A DNA stretch of 64,000 nucleotides from positions 82,192 to 146,191 of the forward strand of contig JAKMXF010000358.1 in the NCBI GenBank assembly GCA_024704765.1, read 5' to 3'. Positions 26,512 through 37,739 of the stretch are shown in pieces. The notes below the pieces were generated by a model, which saw nothing but the letters and a program-made list of their open reading frames with translations, searched no databases and was not told the origin of the DNA. Numbering within the stretch: the first letter of the stretch is position 1; every line of letters starts with the position of its first letter. A program made the position numbers and the translations under genes. The DNA is from Oopsacas minuta. Its lineage: Eukaryota; Animalia; Porifera.

Positions 26512-27298
26512 CATAGACTACTATATCATACAGATAGGAAAGTAGCCGAGCAACGAATAGAAAAGAGAGGCCATTTATATAAATCTCTTAAAAGTTAAAT
26601 TAACCCTTTTAAATTTGTGAATTGAACATTTTAGGGTTAGAAATGTGAAGAATCAGTTAAGATTACTTAAAAAGTTCAAACGGCCATCCTTCATCTTGTT
26701 TAGGCGCCATTTATGCGATGACGTTAGCATTTATATAATTTCACTATTTTCTCAAATATTTTTGTTAAAAATGTATTTTAACTTTATGCTTATATTGTTT
26801 GAATCCGTACATGTACTTCACACTCAAGTTGAATCCGTGTTTTAGAGATAGCTTATTGGAAGAAAATTTTCTGAATTATACCATGCACATGAAATAATAT
26901 ATTTATCAAAAATCTATTTATGAATTTTCACAAATATGATTAGAAGATGTAATCCGAATTCTATCCTAAATAAACGTGCTAATTATTAATACCATATGAA
27001 TAAATAGAGGACATTAATTCATCGAAATACAAGAATTTCAGAAAGTAAAAAAATTTATATTTTTATGAGCATTTGTGTGAATTTTGGTGTCGTGATTTGA
27101 ATGAGGCTAAACGAGATGAAGGATGGCCGTTTGATCTTTTTAGGTAGTCTTAACTAATTCCTTACATTTTCTAACCCTAGAAAATTCAATTCTCCCCTTT
27201 TTAAGGGTTAATTTAACTTTTATGAGTTTTATATAATGGCCTCTCTTTTTTATTCGTTGCTCGGCTACTTTCCTATCTGGATTATATAGTAGTCTATG
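26512..27298. mobile_element. P-like MITE with about 230-bp TIRs and 7-bp TSD
   Basis: catagactactatat ... atatagtagtctatg; TSD attaagg / attaaag; arms 26512-26740 vs about 27075-27298. Confidence 0.8.
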
Positions 27299-27834
27299 AT
27301 TAAAGCAAGGATAGTTCATTGAAATTTTGAACCAGGGACAGGGATATATAGCAATGAACCTATATAGAGAATCTAATTATTTCCTATAGCATAAAATAGT
27401 ACACTTTTCTCGACTAAATGTATTAGTGATATTTAAGTATACACACAATCAATATCTACAAATGTTTTTAGGACGAAATGACCTCAGCAGATTGCTTACT
27501 AGACAATTTTGTTACCAAAAATGCCCAATTTCAAAGCGCTATAAAGAATCTATTATTGCATATTTTATTACAAAAAGTAAGCGATTTCAAGATGTTTTCA
27601 TGCAATTGTCATAATAAAGTTCGCCCGTTTCAGAGTTATAGTAGTGACCGTAAATTTTTGTAATAAAATATGCAATAATAGAATTTATAGAGCTTCCAAA
27701 TGGGGCATTTTTGGTAACAAAATTGTCTAGTAAGCAATCTGCTGGCGCCATTTCGTCCTTGAAAACTTTTGTAGATAATGATTGTGTGTATTGTTAAATG
27801 TCACTAATACATTTAGTCGGGCAAAAGTGTACTA

Positions 27835-28278
27835 CAGTAAAACCTCCAAAAGGTGAACACCCTGTGGACCAGCAAAATGTTCACTTTTCATGATTTATCA
27901 TAAAGTGTTTTTTCGAAAACAATGGTAGTAAAATGTGTGAAAGCATGGTACAAGCGAATATGTTGTCTCTTCTGCCCATTGTATGAGGAAGTCTCTAGTA
28001 TATTGTGAAGCCACATCATCAAACGTCCCTGCTTTCACAATTAGTGCGATGACAAAGCTGACAGCCAAGTCAGAAACCACCCAGAAGTACCGATGTTCAC
28101 TTTGAAGAGGTCATATCCTATGCAATTTGACATTTGGGACCAAATTCAGTGTTCACATTTCACTTTTCAGAGGTGTTCACATTCTAAAGGGGTGAACACT
28201 ATGTAAAACAATGGAGAAAATTTGGGACCAAGAAAAGTGTTCATATTTTGGAGGTGTTCACTTTTGGAGGTTTTACTG
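27835..28278. mobile_element. pogo/Tigger-like MITE
   Basis: ta|cagtaaaacctccaaaaggtgaacacc ... ggtgttcacttttggaggttttactg|ta. Confidence 0.9.
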
Positions 28279-30331
28279 TATTTGATACTATAGGAAAATT
28301 TCGATTCCCTATAAGATTCATTGCTATATATCGCTGTCCTTGGTCCAAATTTCAATGGACTATCAAAGCCTTAGTGTATAGAATGCAATGGTATGGTTGG
28401 TCTTAAGAGACAAATTTTGTAATACGCGTGCTATAATTTACCTGCACAATTATCTTCAGACATATAATTAGATTCGTCTGAGTTAAAATAGAAGCAATAT
28501 AGAAAGCACTGTGCTCTTTGTGCTCTTACGATGACTAATGCAAACGGAGCTGAGTGATGTTTTGTTTCCAAAGATAGTAACCCTATTCGGTACTAGGAAG
28601 AGTTTAAAAGTGTTGCCCCATAAACCATAACAAGAAATAGAGAGTAGCATTCTCAGTTGGAATATTCCTACATTGCGCTGCGCGAAGTAGGAATATATCT
28701 AAAAACTGTCCAGCTGAGAGGGTGGCAGTGCAGCTCAGGCCTCATGTTTCTTGCAGTTGAATAAAATTATTATTCTTAGAAAGAAAATTTTGATACTATT
28801 CAAAGTATGAGCCAAATGCATTAAACACGATTAATTATAGAATAAATCATGTAGATGTATATTTGAAATGTCAAAATTGGAACCTACATACCCGATTATC
28901 CCTCACTAGCTGTTAGGTAATGTTAAATTAATTACTTGTTTCTCTTTCGGAATTTCTTTAGAAACTGGCATGGTGGGTAATGTTTCATTTTTATTTTTAT
29001 AGGACAGTTAATACACACATAAAATATTTTGACCCTTTGAATATCTCACCACATTCTCTCCGGGCATGGAAATATTGAATTTTTTAACTATGCAACTAGC
29101 AAAATGTGGATTGCACACTCTGTGACCAAAGAATTACCAAAAATTTGGAAAAAATACAAATATAAACGGGGGCAAAATTTGGGACGGCCGCGAATGATAA
29201 ACAATTATATTAATTTACATGGCCTTACTATAAATTTTATACAAACATTTTGAAATAAAAGCAAAAAGGTATGGAAATATAATGAATAATTAGCGTGCTG
29301 TGCTTGCCCGCGCAGCTCGGATCTAGCATACTTTGTTACCCCATTGTAGCCATTAAGAGCAAGCCTTTACATATATTTTGAAATTTGGCTAATTTGTTCA
29401 TACTGTAAATCCTTTCCTTGACAACGTATAAACTAACAAATAAACAACAATGGAGATTTAATAATATAGTATGACAAATCTGTGAATTTATAAATTTCAG
29501 ATTGTGTAAATTTCAAAATCGGACTCTATACACCTAATTACCCCTGACAACATGTTGAAAGCTAGTCCCTAACATGCTTTGTATTTTACATAGAAAGGTG
29601 TAAAAATATGATTAATCATCAAAAAGTTGTGAAAATATCACTTTAGAGAGAATTCATCCCGAGGTGCAATCTCCGACCTAAAATGTATAAGTGCACCAAT
29701 TTTCATGTAAATCGGACTGCTAGCATTAGTACATCTTCCTAAGGAGCTGCACGGATAATAACCCTTTTCCAACTTTCTGTCGCTAATAGGAAATCCTACT
29801 TGGCGCGGAACAACATGTTTCAACATTTTTAGATGAAAAATATATTTTGGGACACAGCAATCCCACTATTATCCAACTTCGTTTTTCCGAATTATACAGT
29901 CTCGGTTATCCGAACACCTTCGTTATAAACATTAAATTTAAAGTTCGGATAAGGGAAATATATGAAAATGATGATTTTGTAATTTTAATATTTGACAGCA
30001 TATCTATGCCAATATGGGCATAAATGACCATAATCACAAGGAAACTCAGGGCTAAAGTAACCTCAAGCTCCCTACAGACATGAAATTAGTACAATTTTAA
30101 CAGACTAAGTGATATTCTAGCTTTTCGGATAACCGAGGTTCGGATAAGTATGTATGTATGTATGTATGAGTGGACGCAGATTTTCCTCCCGCTCTACAAA
30201 TACAACCCGTATAATTCGAATATGCTATCATCAGAATTGGTAGATCTCATTTGAATTTTGTGTAATTAGAAATTGAATAATTTATTAGCTCATTATCTAT
30301 TTTATAAGCAACGTGGGGCTAGAAATACCTA

Positions 30332-30748
30332 CAGTCAAACCTGCTTAACGGCCACCTCTGTATAACGCTCACTTGCACATAGTAGCCACCTAAAATCAGT
30401 CCCCTCCGATTTTCCCATTGTAATGACCTCTCTATAGCGGCCACCTGCTCAACGCGACCAGCGGTCACAATTTTTGGTCCCTTACTGGTGTTAAACTTGT
30501 CTATAACGGCCACATTATATAGTGGTCTCCTCCTATAAGATCTACCTTTGACAAGTCCCTTGGTTGCCCATTATTATCTACTTCCACTATATTATCTTAA
30601 TTATCGATCACTTGTCTTAAAGGCCAACTTCTCTATATCAGCACCATTAACATAAAGTTACTACCACACTACCGTATAACAGTCAACCTTTCTATAGCGG
30701 CCACTTTTGGCCAGCCCCTTTGGTGGCGGTTATAGACAAGTTTGACTG
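30332..30748. mobile_element. pogo/Tigger-like MITE
   Basis: ta|cagtcaaacctgcttaacggccacc ... ggcggttatagacaagtttgactg|ta, with internal (a)cggccac repeats. Confidence 0.88.
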
Positions 30749-30894
30749 TATTTGGAAGAATTTTCATAGATTAAGTCTGAACAGTGTTAAGTGACATGGT
30801 TAAATAGTTATTACAGTGTATTATCGCATGCCAATGCAATTGTTCGCAGTATAACCATGTTATACTATAATTAGAAATTTAGTAATAGCAAGTA

Positions 30895-31392
30895 CTGTCG
30901 ATCCTACATAAACCGACACTCGTTGGGATAGGAATATAGTGTCGGTTTAGCAAATTGTAGGATTATGCAGGTGTATTTGTATGGTTTAAAGTAATTTTAG
31001 ATTAGAAACACTGTCGGATTATACAGGTTTCGGTTCGTGCAGGTTCCACTGTTGTAATAGCATTTTCTTAACTTAAATTGCAAGGTAAATTGATCAATCC
31101 TATCGCAACAAGACAGTTATTCATATCATTAATTTATTTCACTTAAATCAGTAAAATATTTCCCCATGGATTCCAACAATAACAGGCTACCAATAAAGAA
31201 AGCAAGTGAATAAAATGAAAATTTATCTTATTTAAAAATTGGTAGAACCTGCATAAACCGTAATCTGTATAATCTGGAAGACCTCTATAATCCAACAGTG
31301 TTTCTGATCTGAAATAGCTTTACACAGTACAATTTGCTATACCGACACTATTTTCATGTCCAAACGAGTGTCGATTTATAGAGGTTCTACTG
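30895..31392. mobile_element. Two copies of one Tigger-like MITE in inverted orientation (30895-31051 and 31241-31392)
   Basis: aaccgacactcgtt...atagtgtcggt and accgacactat...aacgagtgtcgatt; ends gcaggttccactg and gaggttctactg|ta. Confidence 0.75.
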
Positions 31393-31746
31393 TATACGAT
31401 ATCACTATAGTTCGAAAATTCGCTATATGTTTATGATTATACCTACTGAAGTGTTTAATATAGCAATAGTAATGTTTTGTGTTTTCTATGGCAATAATAG
31501 TGTTTTCTATGGCAATAGTGACAAATGTACCTATAACGTTTCTATCACACTTAGTATGTAATTGAAAGATGTTATACAACTTGCAATTTGCAATTAAAAG
31601 TGTATATACAATGTTAGCCAGCGCAGTTGCAGACCCGTGGTCTTGTTTCATCTGATCCATTTAAACTATACTATATATTTATGTAAATGTATGTTGTAAC
31701 TCTGTTCTGAGATAATTAACTATTCTTATAGTTTATCTATAAAGCA

Positions 31747-33060
31747 ATGAGAAGATCAGAGCAAGCTAGAATAGCCTACCGTTTGTTAGGGGAGCATAGT
31801 TATTCAAGTAGTGCGAGGATTGGACGTAACTATCAAAGTGTAGCCTCCCAACATAAAGGTATTTCTGCAGTTAGCAATATAAGTTTAAATGAACATGAAG
31901 CATATATTCATACACTAATTTTGCTGATGAAACTTCACTCACAGAGCATTGCCGAATCTGGAGTAGCAGGCGGAATATTTGCTGAATCTCTTAATGTTCT
32001 GACTTGTGAACAACTAAGACTTGTAAAAACTAGTAATTCTGAGAATCATGAAATAATACAGAAGGCTACAATTAATTCCAAGTTAGAATATGACAAAAGT
32101 GTAGTTTCCTCCCAAACTGATTCTTTCCCTAATAATACAACTATTAACGCTGAGATCTATGAAATCGATGAAGAAAATTTGCACTCTAGCACTAGTAGTA
32201 TGCTATCAATTGATAGAATTGAATTTACTTACCCCATAAATGACTCAAATTCATTTCACACGGGTACGAATAAATTATCTTCTCTATCTGATGATCAGCT
32301 AAAATCTTTTAGCGATATTATTATACAGAATAATGAAGAAATACTCTCACTTTCAAAAACTGGAGAAACAACAGCATTCGAACAAACTTCTAAACCGATT
32401 TATGATCTCATTTCTAACCATAATAAATCAAACCCAATTCGGGAAAGAATAACATCTCTGTTTAGAGACGAACTTATTTCAGAAACATCTGATGAGATCA
32501 GAACTCCCGACAATAGTACAGACACCTATCTAATCAACTCTCAACAAAAAGTGTTCTCAGTTAATTATCAAAATCTATTTGAAGAAGTAAAAGCTCATAA
32601 TCCTGAAATGGAGGCTGATCAGTTGAGAATTGACTTAGAACAAATGTGGCCTGAGCTTGTGCACGAAGAGTTACAAATAAACCAAAATAAGGTAAATCAA
32701 GCTAAGAGGAAACTATCTGAGAATGAGTACAAGGAATTGCAGAAATGTTTGGATAAAACAAAGTACAAAGTTGCAAATCAATATGAAAGAATACTCAAAA
32801 AAGAACCATTCAACAAAAAAGATGAGTTAATTCCAGAAAATACCACCCCATCTACAAAAAGGTTTAAATTCGATAAAGCAGAATCGTCCTCTAGTGTTCG
32901 ATCAACCTCGAAATCAACAACAAATGATGAATGTCAGAATCTCAATTGCTCCAATAAGGCAGTTTATGATGAATTCAGAGGATTATATTACTGCTGCTCA
33001 GATTGCTGTATCAAACATTGTAAGTATGTTTTCTCCCACTGGAATGAACAGAAAAAGTAA
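31747..33060 (+). CDS. Candidate host gene, 437-aa protein of unknown function (possibly nuclear) with a C-terminal Cys/His cluster
   Basis: Uninterrupted 1.3-kb ORF in DNA where random ORFs are mostly under 100 aa; no transposase motifs; N-terminal EHSY and RIGRNYQ, low-complexity S/T/N/E middle, helical charged region, PSTKRFKF, C-terminal CQNLNC-x-YYCCSDCCIKHC. Extra upstream exons cannot be excluded. Confidence 0.75.
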   Translation: MRRSEQARIAYRLLGEHSYSSSARIGRNYQSVASQHKGISAVSNISLNEHEAYIHTLILLMKLHSQSIAESGVAGGIFAESLNVLTCEQLRLVKTSNSENHEIIQKATINSKLEYDKSVVSSQTDSFPNNTTINAEIYEIDEENLHSSTSSMLSIDRIEFTYPINDSNSFHTGTNKLSSLSDDQLKSFSDIIIQNNEEILSLSKTGETTAFEQTSKPIYDLISNHNKSNPIRERITSLFRDELISETSDEIRTPDNSTDTYLINSQQKVFSVNYQNLFEEVKAHNPEMEADQLRIDLEQMWPELVHEELQINQNKVNQAKRKLSENEYKELQKCLDKTKYKVANQYERILKKEPFNKKDELIPENTTPSTKRFKFDKAESSSSVRSTSKSTTNDECQNLNCSNKAVYDEFRGLYYCCSDCCIKHCKYVFSHWNEQKK

Positions 33061-33355
33061 TGATTGTTTGAATCTATATCAATTGGAATTTCATTTGTTG
33101 TGTATCTACTGTTTCTATTTGCATTTCTTAACTCAAGTAATAAGACACTGAAGCTGTGAATGGAGGGTAAATTCTTTTCTCCTATTATAAAATAATTACA
33201 AACAGTCTAATTTACTAACTATACATGCTTTGTTAAACGTATATAATTCAACATAGTTATGATAAGACCTTTGTATAAACTTGATCATAACTTACTCAAC
33301 GTGCATGTTAAACCTACCAGTAACAGTACAGGAGATGTGAGAGTGTTTGATAGTA

Positions 33356-33849
33356 CAGGCGAAATCGGGTCTATTTGCTTTCAAAATGCACGAAAAAAGA
33401 GGAAAAAACCCGGTAGGCAATATAACCCGTTCCAACTACGAAAGCATTATTTGCGTAGAAGGTGAAATTCTTAGTCTTATGTTATCGAATTAATCAATGC
33501 TGTACAGAGACTACATATAATAATAATTTAAGTATACAAATAAACATTTATCAATAATTAATCATTTTGGCTAATGAAAATTGCAACCTAAATCAGGAAT
33601 ATTTGATCACTTGACACATGGAAGAGGGAAAGAAACGGAGAGACAAATATCCCAAAAGAAACTGCATTAACACTGCCCATTTTTACATGATTGAGGTAAC
33701 AAAAAACCCGATACCCAAAAAGATCCGGAGCAAATATACCCAATTAGTTTTATATATGAATAGCATTGGGGAGAAACAAAGAATTGCAACGAGGCAAAAT
33801 AATCCAGGGAGACAAAAATTCCCGGCGGATAAAACCCCGATTTCGACTG
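33356..33849. mobile_element. TA-flanked pogo/Tigger-like MITE (494 bp)
   Basis: ta|caggcgaaatcggg ... cccgatttcgactg|ta. Confidence 0.85.
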
Positions 33850-35355
33850 TATAGTCAGCATTTTTCGGAAATTAAATCAAACCTATGAGCCAACACACGG
33901 AATTGCAGATATCTCTCTCTAAATTTCATAAGAGTCGGTCTCTGCTTCTAACCTTGGTGGGTTTAGGCCCCCCAGTACCCAAAAATTGGCGCCTATGACA
34001 GTCAGGGTCGCTTATTGTGAACCTCCATCGAACACAAACTCTTCTTCAGATATAGGGAATCCATATTATGAGAATTTTTTACTGCTAATCTTATATAAAT
34101 TCCTTTATTGCGGCCACTGGCTTGGTTCATAATAAGAGAATGTTCATTATTTTCGAGGTCATAAACAGCGGTCCTGGTTGTATTTAAATGTTGTTTCTCT
34201 ATTGTAAAATAAGTGAAGTCTTTCTCTGAAGTATATACCCTATACAGCATTTGTACAAGTACTGAATAACATATTTTCAATTGATGAGTTCAAAACATTT
34301 CAATCCATGCATGCAAACTCAAATTAAATATTTTTTGAAAAATGTTTAATAATTGGAGAAATATGCCCCCTTGTTTTGATTAATATTTCTTTACACTCCT
34401 CGTTTATCTGACACCATTGGCGCCAAGTTTAGGAAACAAAATCCAACCTTGGAGCGAATTCACTGCTATATTTATGTAAAACTCACATAAATACAGTCTT
34501 CTTCTCTAAACTTGGGGATCCAGACTTCAGAACCCGTGTACCCAAACATGGCGACTATGTCCTACACACTGGTTCATGGTGTTCCGAACAGCAGGAAGGA
34601 CATTTGGTCTGTAAAGATTGTTAATATTTCCTAAAGAAGGAGCTTCAGATCTTTAGCACTAGATTTCGGCGAAGTGGTCATTTTAAGCCAATATTGGTAT
34701 AAATATCCAGTCAAATAATCACAATCCCAATATTCTCATTTTCGTATATAGCCGAGCACTGTAGGGTTGCCGTGGAAATGTAATTTTGATTCCCATTCCC
34801 ACAGAATTCCCAAAGCATCTCATAGGATCTAGGATTTTCCACAGGCTTCCAATAGGAAAATACTATTCACATTCCCATCTCATTCTCATCCCCACGGGAC
34901 CGGTGAGTATTGAACTTCTAAATATACAAAAGGTCTTTTCAAATTTTCAATTCAGTGTACACGTTACGGGCAGTATGAGAAATTGAGCATTATGCAAAAA
35001 TGCTACTTTCTTAGTCAATATGCATAATGTCCAGGCAATATGCATAATGCTACTCTTATTGGACAATATACGATTTACAATTATCCATACGCAATATACA
35101 ATTTTCTTATCTTGTTATCAGTAATTTTTATAAAATACTTTCGTCAGATTAACAAACTTTTATTCAATAATGAGGTTTAATCATATCTATGTTAATAATG
35201 TTATGGATGATACATAAACTTGAAAATTAATCATAAATAATTGGGGATATCTTTCCCAAATAAGTTTTGGCTAGTTATTCTCCTATAAATACTCAGCTAC
35301 TTGGCTTACGTTTATTCTTTGCTAATAGCACTATGAGGTCTCTATTTTCACAACT

Positions 35356-36385
35356 CTACTTATTATTGCAGCTTTGGTTGTTATGACACCTACTGTGACA
35401 TAGTCGATTTGAACGATAACACTTGCACGTAGTACGAAGAGATGATTTCTTACAAGAGCAATGAAACATCCCTGACCTGTCCCAACTGGTTTATTGCGTG
35501 CTACTGTCGCAAAGAAATCTCTTTTCCTGTTTGGACATCATTTATGTCCAAGAATTTATCCAGGCATGGAGTAAATTGATTTCTGGTGTAATGCGAATTC
35601 AATTGGCCGTATTTTGTACCTAGCTTGTAGGTACCAGTATGCTCGACTGCCACAACAACTGCTTTAATGTTTCGAAAGTCACCTTTACCTCGATCTACGT
35701 CGGGTAAAGGGACCATTACTGTATCCCCAATATTTGCTTGTTTGAATTGTTTTCTAGATTGCTCGAACATTTTATCAGCCTGCACTCCTTGTATTCTTTT
35801 CGCTCCTTTTCGCTGCTGCGTAATTTGATTCCCTTGATGACATAGTCTGCATAATACAGCTGAACCAAATCCTTCTTCTTCACTTCCATTGTTTACAGAA
35901 CATAGTGGTATAGCATGGCAAAAAAGCCCACAAGACATACAAGTGTGCGCTCCACTGGATATTTGTTGACATGATACACAATTATAGTTTGTTATTTCAG
36001 ATTGTTGAGTGATTGATGCCGTGTCTGAGGCTATATCGTCTTGTCCTAAAATCTGTTGCTTCGAATATTCTTCTTCTGAGTTCAAAATTTCTTCTAATTG
36101 CTCTTCAGTCTCTAGAATAGAAGCTGCATCGATTGTGAGGTTGGTTGAAACTACTCCTAGTTGTGGTCTTATCCCAAAACCAGCTTCATAAGGAGTCCTT
36201 CTAATTCCTAAGATAGTCCAAATATAAATGCATAAATACTATTTTATTGTACATTTTTGTTATAATTATTGATCTTAAAAATAAAATAATACCTGTATGT
36301 AGTCTTGTGTTAATTTTCCATTGGACGAATCTAAGTCCTTCTGACCATTTGGTTGAATTTTCGTTGCAAAAGGACGTAGAGCATT
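35356..36385 (-). pseudogene. 3' part of a SCAND3/KRBA2-type (Ginger/GIN-related) integrase transposase, 5'-truncated
   Basis: Spliced translation NSTKWSEGLRFVQWKINTRLHTGIRRTPYEAGFG, Cys cluster CVSC..AHTCMSC..CHAIPLC, GDTVMVPLPDVDRGKGDFRN, and Cys-rich C-terminus HCSCKK...CKC...CHSRCH..SCNNK; frameshift near 35500. Confidence 0.85.
36208..36292 (-). other. 85-bp GT-AG spliceosomal intron in the integrase gene
   Basis: Minus strand ...cat aca g|gtattatt...ctatcttag|ga att aga; removal restores the conserved H-T-G-I-R-R-T-P-Y motif. Confidence 0.85.
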
Positions 36386-36386
36386 T

Positions 36387-37435
36387 ATCTACAGGACGAT
36401 AAATCGATATAAGGAAACTGGGGACACTGTAGACAAGCCGAGATCTGGTCGTCCATGCTCTGTAACGACCTCAGCTCTCAAGAAAGTGGTGCGAGAACGG
36501 ATTCGGCGGAACCCACACCGTTCGATGAGGAAAATGGCCTTGGAGCTCAATATATCTCGCCGAGCAATACAAAAGGTTGTAAAAAGGGACCTAGGAATGC
36601 GCTCTTTTAAACGCAAAAAGGTACAATTCCTATCTGGGTCGGTGAAAGAAAAGAGAGTGTCCCGGAGCAAGAGCCTACTTGCTCTACACGCTATTGGAGT
36701 TCTCGAAAATACCATTTTCTCAGATGAGAAAATTTTCACCATTGAAGAGGCTACAAATAGCCAAAACGACAGAGTCATCTCGACCTCAGTTTCAGCGATC
36801 CCTGATAAGTTCAGATATATCAGTCGGATGAAGAAACCACTGTCGGTGATGGTTTTGGCTGGGGTCTCTGCTGTTGGTCGAACACCACTGATTTTCATCC
36901 CCCCAGGAGTGAAAATCAATGCCAAAACATACCAAGAGCTTGTATTAGAGCCTGTGGTAAAAGGTCTGAGCCAGACCATGTTTTCTGGACAGCAATTTGT
37001 CTTCCAACAAGATGGTGCTCCCGCCCATACGGCCAATACGACCCAAGATTGGCTGAAGCACAATATTCCCAATTTTATACATAAGGATGAATGGCCACCA
37101 TACAGTCCTGATTTAAATCCCATGGACTATTCTGTATCTTCTATCTTGGAAAACAAGGCTTGTTCTGTGTCACACAACACAGTTAGCTCTCTAAAGATTT
37201 CCTTGTGTCGAGAATGGGAGAAGATACCCCAAGAAACTCTGCGTGCCGCAGTAGAAGGATTCCCGAACAGACTCAGGGCTGTCATTTCCAAAAAGGGTGG
37301 TTATATTGAATAAATGACTAGGCAATCTCTTCCTAATAGTATGTAGTAATTATATATAGAGAATCAATAATGTAGGTCATGCTGAATAAATATTATAGAC
37401 AAAATGGTTTGTATCAGAACTTTGGAGCGACCCTG
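36387..37435 (+). mobile_element. Tc1/mariner DD37D (maT) element, 5'-truncated, with open catalytic domain (ORF to 37313)
   Basis: IFSDEK ... FQQDGAPAH ... WPPYSPDLNPMDY with 37 residues between the second and third Asp; right TIR gtatcagaactttggagcgaccctg|ta; left TIR and N-terminus missing. Confidence 0.92.
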
Positions 37436-37739
37436 TATAATTAGTGGCTATATAGCTATATTTTCGAATATATTGTACCATAGCATTCTATATACTAAGG
37501 CAATGGCACTCTATCGAAATTTTGGACCATGGATTGTCACTACCATCGGACTACTTTACATCATAACTTTTGTATTTCTTAATATATCAAAGTGATTTTA
37601 ACATTTATGTGTATCCAACAACTGCTTACTCCTTAGAACATATTTTGGTATAATTTTGCCTGATTTATAAAACTTCAGTTTTGCACATGTTTGAGTATCC
37701 AATTCAGTCGTATTGTTCGCGCGAATTAATCGCCTATAG

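Larger units (their letters stand above)
26490..28390. mobile_element. Long-TIR (about 300 bp) P/Galileo-like MITE interrupted by two insertions
   Basis: Left end catagcattcaatacattaagg, right end ccttagtgtatagaatgcaatg; after removing the inserts the arms pair over about 300 bp (27310-27585 vs 27655-27834 plus 28279-28365). Same terminus at 37479. Confidence 0.75.

Noticed and set aside
26604-27207. Stand-alone piggyBac MITE (TTAA|CCCT...AGGG|TTAA)
   Set aside because: The inverted repeat continues about 92 bp beyond both TTAA sites to CATAGAC ends with a 7-bp TSD, so it is not listed separately; kept only as a hypothesis in the nesting finding.
31560-31746. Upstream coding exon for the 437-aa gene
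   Set aside because: The GT/AG combinations I tried gave no open in-frame exon with a start codon; RNA-seq is needed.
34002-34280. 92-aa minus-strand ORF resembling a decayed hAT dimerisation domain
   Set aside because: Similarity (TSEKDF, NQDR in different frames) is too weak to call; not a credible gene.
36389-37123. 244-aa minus-strand ORF
   Set aside because: Antisense shadow of the maT transposase frame; no recognisable motifs.
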